A stretch of 64,000 nucleotides of DNA from a virus (lineage: Duplodnaviria; Caudoviricetes), in the IMG/VR virus record IMGVR_UViG_3300045282_000294, positions 457 through 64,456 of that record; one strand, written 5' to 3'. This document shows positions 42,495 through 52,426 of this stretch, in pieces. The notes under the pieces were generated by a model that was given only the letters and a program-made list of their open reading frames with translations, made no database searches and was not told the DNA's origin. The position numbers and the translations under genes were made by a program. Position 1 is the first letter of the stretch. Every line of letters starts with the position of its first letter.

Positions 42495-44081
42495 GTGCGG
42501 ATGAGAGTCTTCGGATATTCGGCAGTGCTGGCGGCGGTGCTCACCTGCTTCGGCGCCCAAGCACAGCAAGGAGCACAGCAAGGTGCCGACACGTACAACT
42601 GCGGGCTGGGACGCTGCAGTGCGCGCTTCGACCCCACCAGCATGGGCGGCAACTGGTCCTGCTATGGGCCGGTCGGCAGCTGCGGCCCTGGCACATTTGC
42701 CAACCACTTCGACGCATCCTGTGCCGGCGGCATGACCGACAACAACACGGCGCTCGCGCGCTGGTGGGCCTATGGCCATGGCCTGGGCACGAGCTTAGCG
42801 AAGCTGCGCCTGCCACCCGGCTCCCTCTGCGGCTTTGGCACCAATCAGAGCCTGGTCTGCGACACCATCAAGGACGATGCCTCGACGCTGATCCGCAACG
42901 CCTACATCTGGGGCTACGGCACGTCGTGGGACCGGATGCAACTCGGCGGCAACGGCTTCCGCAGCGATAATATCGGGCAGGGATTTTCCTCGGCGCTCAT
43001 CGACGAGGCGTTTGCCGGCGCAACGACTGTCCGCGTCATCGATGGCTACGTCGGGATCTTTGCTGTCGGCGACTGGGTCATTGTCACCGGCCTGCCAGGG
43101 CAGGGCTCGGGGTTCGGCCCGACACATCAATATCATGAGCACCGGCAAATCACGGCTATCAGCGGGAACACCATCACGTTCGCACACGGCGTGACCCAAT
43201 CGTACAAAGCGACTTATCCGAATTTCAATACATACAATCCGGGCCAAGGCGGGCCGGCGCAAGTCTACCGGATGGCCAACTGCTTCGACACGACCGTCAC
43301 CTATGCCGGGCTCACGCTCACCATCCCGGCCAGCAACGTGCAGAACAACATGACGGGGCGGTCGGTCACGCTGCAGGACATGACCGTGCACGGCAGCGTT
43401 GGCCCTGGCGCGCTGGTCGAGGGACACGTCATCGGCGGTTTCTACGCGACGTGGGAGATGGACAAGAACAACGACTTGTTCACCTTCGACGGCGTCTATG
43501 TGCAGGGGAATATCGCTTTCCAGAGCACGAGCACGACCCCTGCCAGCATCGCCAACACCCGCGTCAACGGCAGCATCGTCGGCACGCCCAACGACCTCAC
43601 GATCAAAGGCTCGGTCATCGTCGGCGACTTGCAGGTCGGCGCCACGTGCTGCGGCATGAGCACGGTGCTGACGCTCGACACCGTGCATTACGGCAATGGT
43701 CGCCCAGCGGGACAGGAAATCGCCAAGAACTCGCTGCACTATAACGGGGCTGGCATCTTTTCGATCAGCCTTGGGGCTTACCAGACGTCGCCGTTCCCCG
43801 GCCTGTTTGTGCCCGGACACAAATACTTCTTCGGGGACAGTCACGGCGACAACACCTGCACGCCGCTAAAGACCTTCACCGTCCGCGAGGTGGTGCATGT
43901 CGATGATGGGACCGTGCAGATCCAGACCGACCTGACCGGGCCGCTGCCCAAGCTCTCCTGCGGTGATGGCTTGGACTACAGCACCTACGCCCGTTATGCG
44001 CTGATGCGGCTCAACCAGATTGGCGTGACTTACGACAACAACGCGCTGCTCTGGAATTCAAAGGTTCTGGCGCCTCAGTGA
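42495..44081 (+). CDS. secreted beta-rich protein
   Basis: N-terminal signal-like peptide ending AQA; Cys-rich N-region; beta-helix-like body. Confidence 0.55.
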   Translation: MRMRVFGYSAVLAAVLTCFGAQAQQGAQQGADTYNCGLGRCSARFDPTSMGGNWSCYGPVGSCGPGTFANHFDASCAGGMTDNNTALARWWAYGHGLGTSLAKLRLPPGSLCGFGTNQSLVCDTIKDDASTLIRNAYIWGYGTSWDRMQLGGNGFRSDNIGQGFSSALIDEAFAGATTVRVIDGYVGIFAVGDWVIVTGLPGQGSGFGPTHQYHEHRQITAISGNTITFAHGVTQSYKATYPNFNTYNPGQGGPAQVYRMANCFDTTVTYAGLTLTIPASNVQNNMTGRSVTLQDMTVHGSVGPGALVEGHVIGGFYATWEMDKNNDLFTFDGVYVQGNIAFQSTSTTPASIANTRVNGSIVGTPNDLTIKGSVIVGDLQVGATCCGMSTVLTLDTVHYGNGRPAGQEIAKNSLHYNGAGIFSISLGAYQTSPFPGLFVPGHKYFFGDSHGDNTCTPLKTFTVREVVHVDDGTVQIQTDLTGPLPKLSCGDGLDYSTYARYALMRLNQIGVTYDNNALLWNSKVLAPQ

Positions 44082-44096
44082 TGGAGTGACAGTCTG

Positions 44097-45641
44097 ATGA
44101 CCGACACCCCGGACTGGCTGCTCGAGATGCGCGCGCTGACAGGGCTGACGGAAACGCCCGGCAGCGCCGACAACCCGAAAATCCTGGCGATGGCGGACAC
44201 GATCGCCAGGGCCTATCCCGACATGGCCGCGTATTGCTCGACCTATCAGCACGATGACACGCCGTGGTGCGGGCTGACCGTCGCCTACTGCATGACGCGG
44301 GCCGGTATCCGCCCGGTCTGGGGCCCGACCGACACCGACCGATGGCTGTGGGCGCAAGCGTGGGGCAGCTCGGCATGGGGAGATAAGATCTCGGAGCCGA
44401 GGCCCGGCTGCGTGGTGGTGATGACGCGCTCGGGCGGCGGACATGTGACGCTCTACGAGCGCACCGAGGGCTCGTACTACGTCTGTCGCGGCGGCAACCA
44501 AAGCGATGCCGTCAATACACAGAGCTATGCCAAATCGTCCGTCATCGCGCTGATGTGGCCGAAGAGCGGTCCGCCGCTGCCACCGGCACCGCCGGCACCG
44601 CGTGCGCAGATCAAGAAAGGATCCACCGGACCGGACGTCGTCTATCTGCAGACGGCGCTGGGCATTCCCGCCGACGGCCAGTTCGGCTCAGTCACCGATG
44701 CGGCCGTGCGCGGCTATCAGACAGCCACCGGGCTCACCAGCGATGGCGTTGTCGGCCCGGCGACCTGGGACAAGGTCGATGCGCTGGTGGCACGCATGGA
44801 AGCGGGCCACGCCGGCATCTCCGATGCATTGATTGCCGACATCGCCGAGCTCGCCAAAACCGCGCCGATCCAGTCATACTCTTGGAAGGATAGAGGCAAA
44901 TCGCCGCCCGGCTACATCGCCGGCATGGGGCAGTGCTACGCGCTCGCGCTGACGTGGCTGAACGAGAACCCCCCCGATCCGGCCGCCGTGGAGATGGCGC
45001 AGAAAGCCGGCAATGGCGACACCGACGCGCTCGCGTGGTATTCGGCCGAGTTCACCAAGCTCGGCATGAACAATTCAGTGGCGGGCAAGGACACGCTGCG
45101 GCATCTGTTCGTGCTGATGATCGGCCTCGGCATGCGCGAAAGCAGCGGGGAATACTGCTGCGGCCGCGACCAGTCGGCGAGCAATGTCACATCCGATACG
45201 GCCGAGGCCGGGCTGTTCCAGACATCGTGGAATATCAAGACCGCAAGCCCCAATCTGCCGACGCTCATGGATGATTACTGGGAGGACCCGCGCGGGTTTC
45301 TGCGCATCTTCGCCGACAAGGTAGACCCGTCGGCGAGCGACCTGCAGGTTTTCGGGTCGGGTCAGGGCGCTATGTATCAGTGGCTGGCAAAATACTCGCC
45401 CGCCTTTGCCGTCATGGTGACGGCGATCGGCCTGCGTTCGCGCCGCAACCATTGGGGCCCGATCAACAACAAGGCCGCCGAGCTGCGCGACGAGGCCGAC
45501 GACTTCCTGAAAGAGGTCGAGACGCTGGTGCAGCAAGAACCGGGGCCGGAGCCAGAGCCGGTGCCCGAGGCGGCGACTGTTGTCATCACCACGACCGGGC
45601 CGGTGACCGTGACAATCAATGGAACGGTTTTTAGCCCATAG
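44097..45641 (+). CDS. modular endolysin: TIGR02594/CHAP-like + peptidoglycan-binding + possible lysozyme-like domain
   Basis: DDTPWCG..GGHV..GGNQSD; DGQFG..T..AVRGYQ..DGVVGPATW; GMRESSG. Confidence 0.75.
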   Translation: MTDTPDWLLEMRALTGLTETPGSADNPKILAMADTIARAYPDMAAYCSTYQHDDTPWCGLTVAYCMTRAGIRPVWGPTDTDRWLWAQAWGSSAWGDKISEPRPGCVVVMTRSGGGHVTLYERTEGSYYVCRGGNQSDAVNTQSYAKSSVIALMWPKSGPPLPPAPPAPRAQIKKGSTGPDVVYLQTALGIPADGQFGSVTDAAVRGYQTATGLTSDGVVGPATWDKVDALVARMEAGHAGISDALIADIAELAKTAPIQSYSWKDRGKSPPGYIAGMGQCYALALTWLNENPPDPAAVEMAQKAGNGDTDALAWYSAEFTKLGMNNSVAGKDTLRHLFVLMIGLGMRESSGEYCCGRDQSASNVTSDTAEAGLFQTSWNIKTASPNLPTLMDDYWEDPRGFLRIFADKVDPSASDLQVFGSGQGAMYQWLAKYSPAFAVMVTAIGLRSRRNHWGPINNKAAELRDEADDFLKEVETLVQQEPGPEPEPVPEAATVVITTTGPVTVTINGTVFSP

Positions 45642-45650
45642 GAGGTCACC

Positions 45651-46022
45651 ATGGCGGCGTTCGGCTTCTTCGACCTGACCGGCATCGTGTTTCGGCTGTT
45701 CCAGAACCGCGCCGAGATCGAGCGGATATGGGCCGACATCCGGTCGCTGGGCGACAAGATCGCGCCGGGCGTGTTGCCATCGCAGAACCCAGCCGTGGCC
45801 GCGGCAACAACATCGGCAGCAACACAATCGGACTTCTCCATGCGGTGGCTGCAAGAGAGCCTCAACAAACTGAACAATGCGGGCCTTGATGTTGATGGCG
45901 AGTACGGCGAGAACACCAGGGCGGCCATCATGGCGTTCCAGCGCAGCAACGGCCTCGAGGTCGATGGCTGGGCGGGCGTCGAAACCAGCGCGAAGATCTA
46001 CGAAATGCTGGACGCAAAATGA
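45651..46022 (+). CDS. peptidoglycan-binding domain protein
   Basis: WLQESLN..VDGEYG..T..A..FQ..GLEVDGWAG. Confidence 0.75.
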   Translation: MAAFGFFDLTGIVFRLFQNRAEIERIWADIRSLGDKIAPGVLPSQNPAVAAATTSAATQSDFSMRWLQESLNKLNNAGLDVDGEYGENTRAAIMAFQRSNGLEVDGWAGVETSAKIYEMLDAK

Positions 46023-46034
46023 CCGGGACCGACC

Positions 46035-46262
46035 ATGTTCAGCGAAGAGACCGCCCGCCAGCTCCTGTCGCTGATCATTGTCGGTGGGTTCTTCGGGCTA
46101 CTGGGGATTATCCTGTTCGGGTTCGTTGACGTGCAAGACCCGGCCATGGCCAAGCTGGTCGGTGTGATTACCGGGGTTCTGGGCGCCAAGCTCGACGTCG
46201 TGCTCTACAGATATTTCGGGCCGGTCGTGAGGAAGAAAGAAGAAGAGGGCTCCGATGCCTGA
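46035..46262 (+). CDS. holin-like 2-TM protein
   Basis: two TM segments and a charged C-terminus, next to the lysin. Confidence 0.5.
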   Translation: MFSEETARQLLSLIIVGGFFGLLGIILFGFVDVQDPAMAKLVGVITGVLGAKLDVVLYRYFGPVVRKKEEEGSDA

Positions 46263-46461
46263 CGTAACGATCGCGCCGCCGCACGAGTTGGCGAAGCTCA
46301 GGTGCCGCTTTGGCTGCGATGCGCCGGTCGGTATTTTCCACGTGCCCGCGGGCTGCATCTGCTTTGCCGATCCGGTGCAGGCCCTGTGCATGCAGCATTT
46401 CGTCAAGGCGGAGTCGACGGGCCCGATTACGTGCATCGTCGATTTCAGAATTCAGGAGTGA
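46255..46461 (+). CDS. small Cys-rich hypothetical protein
   Basis: CRFGC..GCIC..CMQH. Confidence 0.45.
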   Translation: MPDVTIAPPHELAKLRCRFGCDAPVGIFHVPAGCICFADPVQALCMQHFVKAESTGPITCIVDFRIQE

Positions 46462-46465
46462 GAGC

Positions 46466-46660
46466 ATGCCGGCCGTGGAAGAGGGCGCCAAGGTTGCCGA
46501 GCGTGGCCGCGACAAGATCGGAGACTTGGCGATTAAACTCGCCAATGCTGCTCTCATTGCGCGGGAGCGCGGAGATGGGGCCGCGGCGCTCTTCTTTGCG
46601 ACCAAGGCCGCAGAGTGCCTCCAGCTCGCCAAGCTGCTGGGCTGGAAAGGGAAGCCATGA
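46466..46660 (+). CDS. hypothetical protein
   Basis: AGGAG RBS; shares its 5' sequence with the next gene. Confidence 0.4.
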   Translation: MPAVEEGAKVAERGRDKIGDLAIKLANAALIARERGDGAAALFFATKAAECLQLAKLLGWKGKP

Positions 46661-46893
46661 GCCCGGCAATGGAAGAGGGCGCCAAGGTCGCCTCGTCGTT
46701 CATGGAGGCAATGAAGAGCCAGCCGCTCGCGCTCGCGCTGGTGCTGTGCAATCTGACCCTGCTGGCGCTGTTCTTCTACGTGGCGAGCTTGTCGAGCGGA
46801 AACCGCGCCAAGGAATTTCAATCCATTCTGCAAATGCAAAGGGAAGTGCAGCAGCTACTCTATCAATGCACCCCTCCGGCACCAAGGGGTTAG
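46657..46893 (+). CDS. small membrane protein (paralogue of 47181-47408)
   Basis: EAMKSQPLALALV TM segment. Confidence 0.55.
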   Translation: MSPAMEEGAKVASSFMEAMKSQPLALALVLCNLTLLALFFYVASLSSGNRAKEFQSILQMQREVQQLLYQCTPPAPRG

Positions 46894-47180
46894 GCATGCT
46901 GTTTCCTGGGTCGCTGATTGTTGGATTGTTCTTTAGGGACCGCATCCTTTGTGATCCAGTCGCCATAGGATGCCAAATATGCCGACTGTTCAGGACATCG
47001 GCAGCATTCCGATTCAGTCCTGCACGCGCGACCTGTAACAAATTCTGTCTCGCAAAAGCGGCAGTATTCACGGTTGCTCATTGGCTTTTTCCTATTGCAT
47101 CGCTGTAGCGGCCGGCAGGCTGATGGGGATAATAGCATAACTGCACGCCCAATCGCCCCGGCGGATGAAGGAACCCAGCA

Positions 47181-47408
47181 ATGGTGACGCAGGAGGTCGG
47201 CAAAGTCGCAACATCAGCCGTCGAGGCAATGAAGTCCACGCCGCTCGCAATCGCGCTGCTGGTGGTGAACGTGGGCTTTCTCAGCTTCGCCGCCTACGTG
47301 CTGGGCGAAGTCGCCGCCAATGCCAGCGAGCGCAACAAGTCGCAGCTCGAATTGATCAGCAGGCTCGTCACCGACATCCGCGATTGCCGCCAGGGACCGC
47401 CGACGTGA
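47181..47408 (+). CDS. small membrane protein
   Basis: EAMKSTPLAIALLVVN TM segment. Confidence 0.55.
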   Translation: MVTQEVGKVATSAVEAMKSTPLAIALLVVNVGFLSFAAYVLGEVAANASERNKSQLELISRLVTDIRDCRQGPPT

Positions 47409-47583
47409 CCCCACAAAAAGACCGTCAGATAACCGCGCTACTCGTGGCAAAACAAAACATGGACGCCATCAAGGTCAAGACGCTGAACATGAGCGCCGGG
47501 TCGAACGCGGAACGGGCGTGGCTGCTCGATGCGGTCGAGCTCCTGCTGCGCATCGAACTCGAGCGCAAGGGCAAGGATTTCTG

Positions 47584-48000
47584 ATGGTCGACATCTGGTC
47601 CGCACAGCAAACCGAGATCTTCCGCACCATGTGGGAGCACGGGGCAACGTGCCGCGAAATCGCCAAGACCCTCGGCGTCAGCAAGAACGCCGTCGTCGGC
47701 AAGCGCGCCCGCCTGAAGCTGCCAGGACGACCAAACCCGGCCCGACAGCGCGGGCCGGGCGGGCGGTGCGGACCAAGGCTCCCGCAACCGCCGGCGCCAG
47801 AACCAGAACCCGCCATCCCCCTCATCTGGAATGCCCCGACGTTGCAACCGCTCGAGAGCTACTTGCCGCTCGAGGTCCTGACCAGCAGCCAGTGCCACTG
47901 GCCCCTCACCGACGACCGGCCCTTCCTGTTCTGCGCCGCACCGGCCGACCCCAAACAACCCTACTGCCCAGTTCACCGCGCGATGGCCTATATGCCCTGA
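47584..48000 (+). CDS. gcrA: GcrA-family cell-cycle regulator homologue
   Basis: W..G..EIA..LGVSKNAVVGK..RL HTH and CHWP..FC..PYCPVH..AY C-terminus. Confidence 0.8.
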   Translation: MVDIWSAQQTEIFRTMWEHGATCREIAKTLGVSKNAVVGKRARLKLPGRPNPARQRGPGGRCGPRLPQPPAPEPEPAIPLIWNAPTLQPLESYLPLEVLTSSQCHWPLTDDRPFLFCAAPADPKQPYCPVHRAMAYMP

Positions 48001-48001
48001 C

Positions 48002-48220
48002 TCATCGCGATCGATCTTCTCGCTCCCGGGCCACCCGCGACGCTTCCTGCTCGGCCCGCACCCGCTCGTAAAGCTGACGCATCCCCGCCAGCACGTGCTC
48101 AAGCTGCGCCCGCGCAAGCATGAGCTCCTCGTGCAGCCGCTTGTTCTCGTCCCGCAACGACTCCGTAAGCCGCAGAAGACTCTCGCGCTGGTTCAGAAGC
48201 AGCTCGACGTTGTCCATCAC
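48002..48220 (-). CDS. coiled-coil hypothetical protein
   Basis: heptad-like ORF. Confidence 0.45.
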   Translation of the reverse strand: MMDNVELLLNQRESLLRLTESLRDENKRLHEELMLARAQLEHVLAGMRQLYERVRAEQEASRVAREREDRSR

Positions 48221-48260
48221 CCCACCTTCACCTTGCGCGACCCGTCGCCAGACACCTCGG

Positions 48261-48605
48261 TCACTCAGCCGGATAATCCTCCCGCTCGCTCACCTTGGGC
48301 GCCTCGGTCTCGCCCAGGATAAACTCCACGTCGATGACGTCGCCGTCCTTCAGCGTTGCCCACTGACGCTGGACGTAGTCATGCGCCACACGATGCGTGC
48401 GCGGGTTAGCTGGGAAATTATACGGATCGTAACTCACCCCACGGCACTGCGGCTGGATATAGATGATGCAATACTCATCAGGCTTGCCGCGATAGCCGTC
48501 CCGCTGCAGCAAGTACCGCTGCGCCTCGTTGGACGGTACCGGCCGGATGCAGATCACCGGACAGAACGTGTTGCGGTCGCGGACCTCAAGACACTTCACT
48601 TCCAT
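48261..48605 (-). CDS. hypothetical protein
   Basis: LEVRDRNTF..LKDGDVIDVEFILGET. Confidence 0.55.
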   Translation of the reverse strand: MEVKCLEVRDRNTFCPVICIRPVPSNEAQRYLLQRDGYRGKPDEYCIIYIQPQCRGVSYDPYNFPANPRTHRVAHDYVQRQWATLKDGDVIDVEFILGETEAPKVSEREDYPAE

Positions 48606-49148
48606 ATGGCACCCTACCCCCGCCGCTCGAGAGGCCGGCCATCACATAAGATGTCAGGGTGTTACAGACAGAGCGCGTCAGTGCAGAAGCCCGCAAAAGG
48701 CCTTCCCCCGCTGTCATTCGCAAACCCCCGGAACGCACGGCAGCATCACGCTGCGCGCGCCGAAAAGAAACCAGCACCGGCCGCACAGAAGCTCGCCAGT
48801 CGTATGCGCAGCACGGCTGCGCGCACGCGCACTGTCCGGATGGGTGTGAGCACCCACAGCCATTTCTTGATGCGGCGCCTCAGCCATTGTGCCCTCTCTT
48901 GCTGCCCTCCCACTACACTTGACCATTGCCGCAAGCGCAATCGATAATGGCCAGTGTTCCTGTGGCTCAAGGGCGAAAATCGGAAGCCGCGGCCGGAGGC
49001 AAGACCGGTCCAAAACTTGCGTAGGTCGATCGAGCAACGCCTCTCGTCATCAGCGCCAGAAAGCTCGGACATCAAGTGGGATTTCCCCTCTGGGGATGCG
49101 TGAGCGAGACCCACAGGAACACACCCCCAATCTCTTGCTGCCCTTCCA

Positions 49149-49376
49149 CTATACGGGCGATGTCGTGGCCTCGCTTAACGCCGCCTCCAGCTTCCGGATT
49201 ATCTCCTTCCGGTCCAGGGCCGTTTGGTTGCGCAACTCCAAGTCGGACCGCAACTGCTCAACCTCCCCGGCAACCAAACCCAACACGGCGTCGGTGTGCT
49301 CGTCTAAAACAATCCCCGCTTCAACCACCTTCCCCCGCATTTCCCGGTGCCACGCAGTCACGTTGGTCTTGGTCAT
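49149..49376 (-). CDS. hypothetical protein
   Basis: ORF in a minus-strand gene chain. Confidence 0.4.
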   Translation of the reverse strand: MTKTNVTAWHREMRGKVVEAGIVLDEHTDAVLGLVAGEVEQLRSDLELRNQTALDRKEIIRKLEAALSEATTSPV

Positions 49377-49581
49377 GGTCGCTCTCTTTCCTCCCCTAAC
49401 TCCTCTAGTCGATCACCACGGTCCATAGCGACCCGGCTAACGTGCACCAACGAAGACCGCAGCCGTTCGATTTCAGCCCGTTGTCGCTCCACCAGCTTGT
49501 CAAGCCGGGCAATCTCATCACCCATATGCCGCGTCATCGCCTTGCTGTTCATGACCGCGCACCCTTCTTCCTGCCCTTCCA

Positions 49582-49839
49582 CTACCCAAAACCCCCCCCG
49601 CCCTTCCCCTCCACCACCGCCCGCGCACACACGTCGGCATGCTTCTGCAGCCGCTCAACCAACTGCATCACCTGATTGGGGGTCAGCCCAATGAACACCT
49701 GGCCAACATCACCGCCAGGCCGCGCGTTGAACACCAGCAGCACCTCGCCGTTCGCCGCAAACGTCGTGACATTGCAGTGCGCAGGCTCATCCACCAGAAC
49801 AATGCCGCCAGGAAGAACCGAACCAGGAGTTGCCACCAT
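49582..49839 (-). CDS. hypothetical protein
   Basis: ORF in a minus-strand gene chain. Confidence 0.4.
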   Translation of the reverse strand: MVATPGSVLPGGIVLVDEPAHCNVTTFAANGEVLLVFNARPGGDVGQVFIGLTPNQVMQLVERLQKHADVCARAVVEGKGGGGFG

Positions 49840-50442
49840 GCGGAGTCTCTCTTGCTTCCTGCCCTTCCACTATAAAGACCTTCCTTGCTGCACTTCAGCA
49901 AATACGAGCCTGTCCTTGTCCACTCGAGAGGCCTGTCAAAGTGCAGCTCAGCCAGAGATGTCGGCTATATCCTGACGTGTCTACACAGTCAGTGCAAAAC
50001 ACAACTGACTGCCCTTGTGGATCGGCCATTCAAATGGGGGATGGGTCATCGGGCAGTCTGCCCTAACCAATATACGTCAGTACAACCTGAGAGGCAGTAA
50101 GACCGATGGGTAGACAGCAGGTTGAAAGGGGAATTGAGAGGCTAGAGATTTGGGGGGGACGTATAGAAGAACTCGACGGGTAGGCCCTGTCCAGCCTGGG
50201 GGTAGGGGTACCCCTAGGGTGGCGTGGCGGGGGGTGGCTACCCCCTAGGCTACCTCTCAGGGGACCCGCCCTGGGTGAACCTGTCGTTACCAACGACAGG
50301 GCGGCATCAGTAGTATCAATGGCTTAGCTAGGTTTGCCGAGTTCGGGGCAACGGTCGGGGCAACGGTTGGTTTGTTCCGGGCTTTTCTTTTAAGACGGAA
50401 ATGATTTATTTCAGCGGAACGACATAAACACCGAGGTCTTTT

Positions 50443-50775
50443 ATGGACCGCCATCCCTCATGGCTCGAGAAGCTAAATTCCCGTCCTCCTGTTTTCCAAC
50501 CCACGTGGAAGTCCAACCGCAAGGCCAATGTGTTCAAGCGTCGGTTGGCCTATGTCCACGGCAAGGTTGACCTGATTGACCGCATTGAACGGATTAGCGT
50601 TGCACGGCTGATGGATATTTTGGAAATACCGCGCGGTTTACGAAACGCGCGTGTTTATATGCAGGTATCGGCAGCGATGGCCGAATTAGGCTGGGAAAAG
50701 GTCAACGCACCGTACGGGATGACGGAAGGACCGAAGCACAGGGCAAGGGGATTTATCAGAAAGCCTACCAGGTAG
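50443..50775 (+). CDS. hypothetical (winged-helix-like) protein
   Basis: GAGGT RBS; LMDILEIP..VSAAMAELGW. Confidence 0.5.
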   Translation: MDRHPSWLEKLNSRPPVFQPTWKSNRKANVFKRRLAYVHGKVDLIDRIERISVARLMDILEIPRGLRNARVYMQVSAAMAELGWEKVNAPYGMTEGPKHRARGFIRKPTR

Positions 50776-51166
50776 GGTTTTGCGGACAATAAGGGATGCG
50801 GCACGATTTTAACTTACCGGGCACCCTGCCGCATTTCGGGCAGGGGTTTCCAGCTGAGGGAAGCTTTATGATTTTGTCTGGGCTGGCGCTTGCTGCTATG
50901 GCACGCAAGGCGTCTTTGGTGAGGGGAGGGTGTGCTTTCTTACGAGCAAGCTTCGGATTGAACCACGGGCCTTTGCTGAAGGGCATTGCTAAGGCCTGTG
51001 TTGTGGAAGGGCTTGCTGCGCCTCGCGCTAAGGGAAAAAACTCGTCCTTGTCAAGTTTTGGCCTTTTGCAATGGGTTACGACCCCACCCCCCGCACGAAA
51101 TCGATCAGTATTATGGAACATCTCGCACTGATTCGGTTACGTCAGCATGACTGACTCACCTGTCGG

Positions 51167-51355
51167 CTAGAACCGTTTCCGCCGTTCCAGCTCCCGCTCG
51201 ATTGCGCCGCGGATGACGTCTAATCGCGTTTCATTTCCCCCTTTGAACCGATCGATATCCGCCAGCATTTCGTCGGTCAGGGAGACCAGCAAGCGGACGC
51301 CATACAATTTGGGCCGGTGCGGGGGATTGAAAACCTTGGGTTTTTTGCTGCGCAT
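51167..51355 (-). CDS. ribbon-helix-helix (CopG-like) DNA-binding protein
   Basis: LLVSLTDEMLADIDRF..TRLDVIRGAIEREL. Confidence 0.6.
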   Translation of the reverse strand: MRSKKPKVFNPPHRPKLYGVRLLVSLTDEMLADIDRFKGGNETRLDVIRGAIERELERRKRF

Positions 51356-51365
51356 AATTATTTTT

Positions 51366-51417
51366 CTACTTTCGTATATATGTTAGTTGACACGCATTGC
51401 CTACTTACGTATATATG
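51366..51417 (+). promoter_or_regulatory. sigma70-type promoter bracketed by two 17-bp direct repeats
   Basis: TTGACA (51387) -17 bp- TATATA; CTACTTWCGTATATATG at 51366 and 51401. Confidence 0.6.
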
Positions 51418-51464
51418 AAAGTACCGGCGGACACAAGTGCCGCCCAAACCGGAAGGACAAGACG

Positions 51465-51635
51465 ATGACGCACTCAAACGCACAAATCGAAGACTATAAG
51501 CATCTGCGCGCGTGGTGCTGGATGATCCTAAGTGTGGTCCTTCTGACCGCGATTGGGATTGTCGCTTCCGAATATCAGCGGCGCCATCCCGGCGAGGCCA
51601 CTATGACCGCAACATTGCTCAATAACGCGGAATAA
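51465..51635 (+). CDS. small membrane protein
   Basis: AAGGA RBS; one TM segment. Confidence 0.45.
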   Translation: MTHSNAQIEDYKHLRAWCWMILSVVLLTAIGIVASEYQRRHPGEATMTATLLNNAE

Positions 51636-51678
51636 GGACGAAACGGGCAAGCCCACCCGAACCGGAAAGGACAAGACA

Positions 51679-51882
51679 ATGAATATCGGACAGACCTACA
51701 TCCAAGAATTCCAGGACGGCGAGAGGCTGTATTTTGTCCCAGAAGAGCGATGCAAGAACGGCCATTGGAAGGGGCGTATGCAGCGCCGAGCTCCCGGTCG
51801 CAAGAAACCATCCGCTAAGGTGACACAAGTTTTCGTATCTCACCCGCCGCTGTGGACTGAACTGAAGGGACCAACCCAATGA
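51679..51882 (+). CDS. hypothetical early protein
   Basis: GAAAGGA RBS. Confidence 0.5.
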   Translation: MNIGQTYIQEFQDGERLYFVPEERCKNGHWKGRMQRRAPGRKKPSAKVTQVFVSHPPLWTELKGPTQ

Positions 51883-52073
51883 ACATGTCCGTAGCTGTCA
51901 TGCCCAAGGTCGTCTCAGACGCCCGCGCCTATGCCCCCTACGATAAGATGACGGCATTCTGGCACGGCTACTACGATTACCACGAGAATGTCCGTCAATC
52001 TTTCGAGGGCGCGGACCAGCAAGCCTACGATCGCGGCCTAGAACTGGCGATGAAAAGGACGAAACGGGCCTAA
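51879..52073 (+). CDS. hypothetical early protein
   Basis: ATGA coupling; QAYDRGLE motif. Confidence 0.5.
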   Translation: MNMSVAVMPKVVSDARAYAPYDKMTAFWHGYYDYHENVRQSFEGADQQAYDRGLELAMKRTKRA

Positions 52074-52108
52074 GCCCGTAGCGCCGTGATGCGGCGCCTG
52101 ATGAGTCC
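52057..52108 (+). ncRNA. hammerhead ribozyme (type II topology)
   Basis: GGAC-GAA-ACGGGC(ctaa)GCCCGT-A-GCGCCG(tgatg)CGGCGC-CTGATGA-GTCC: all core nucleotides and three stems present. Confidence 0.9.
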
Positions 52109-52183
52109 GCCCCCCTGTTTTGCCCCCCTACCGCCCCGACCCCATGGGCCCTAAACTCACGCCCCCGGAAAGGAACCACCACA

Positions 52184-52426
52184 ATGGCTGAACAAATTCT
52201 CTTCGATCGGCTGGCCTATCTGGACCGGCTCAAACGTGCCGGCATACCCGAAGATCATGCCCGCGCACACGCTGAAGCTATCGACGAAGCCTTGCGCGAG
52301 AGTGTGGCAACCAAAAGGGACTTGCGCGAGCAAATCGAGCTGTTGCGCCGGGACATGATGATCACGACGGGCACGGCATCGATTGCGTTGTTCGCGGCGC
52401 TCGTTGGCATCAAGTTCTTTGGCTGA
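52184..52426 (+). CDS. DUF1640/CCDC90-like coiled-coil membrane-anchored protein
   Basis: [29 protein letters not shown] with a C-terminal TM segment. Confidence 0.65.
   Translation: MAEQILFDRLAYLDRLKRAGIPEDHARAHAEAIDEALRESVATKRDLREQIELLRRDMMITTGTASIALFAALVGIKFFG

Noticed and set aside
51600-51654. Second active hammerhead
   Set aside because: Only the GGAC-GAAAC-stem III part is present; no CTGANGA or cleavage triplet in register
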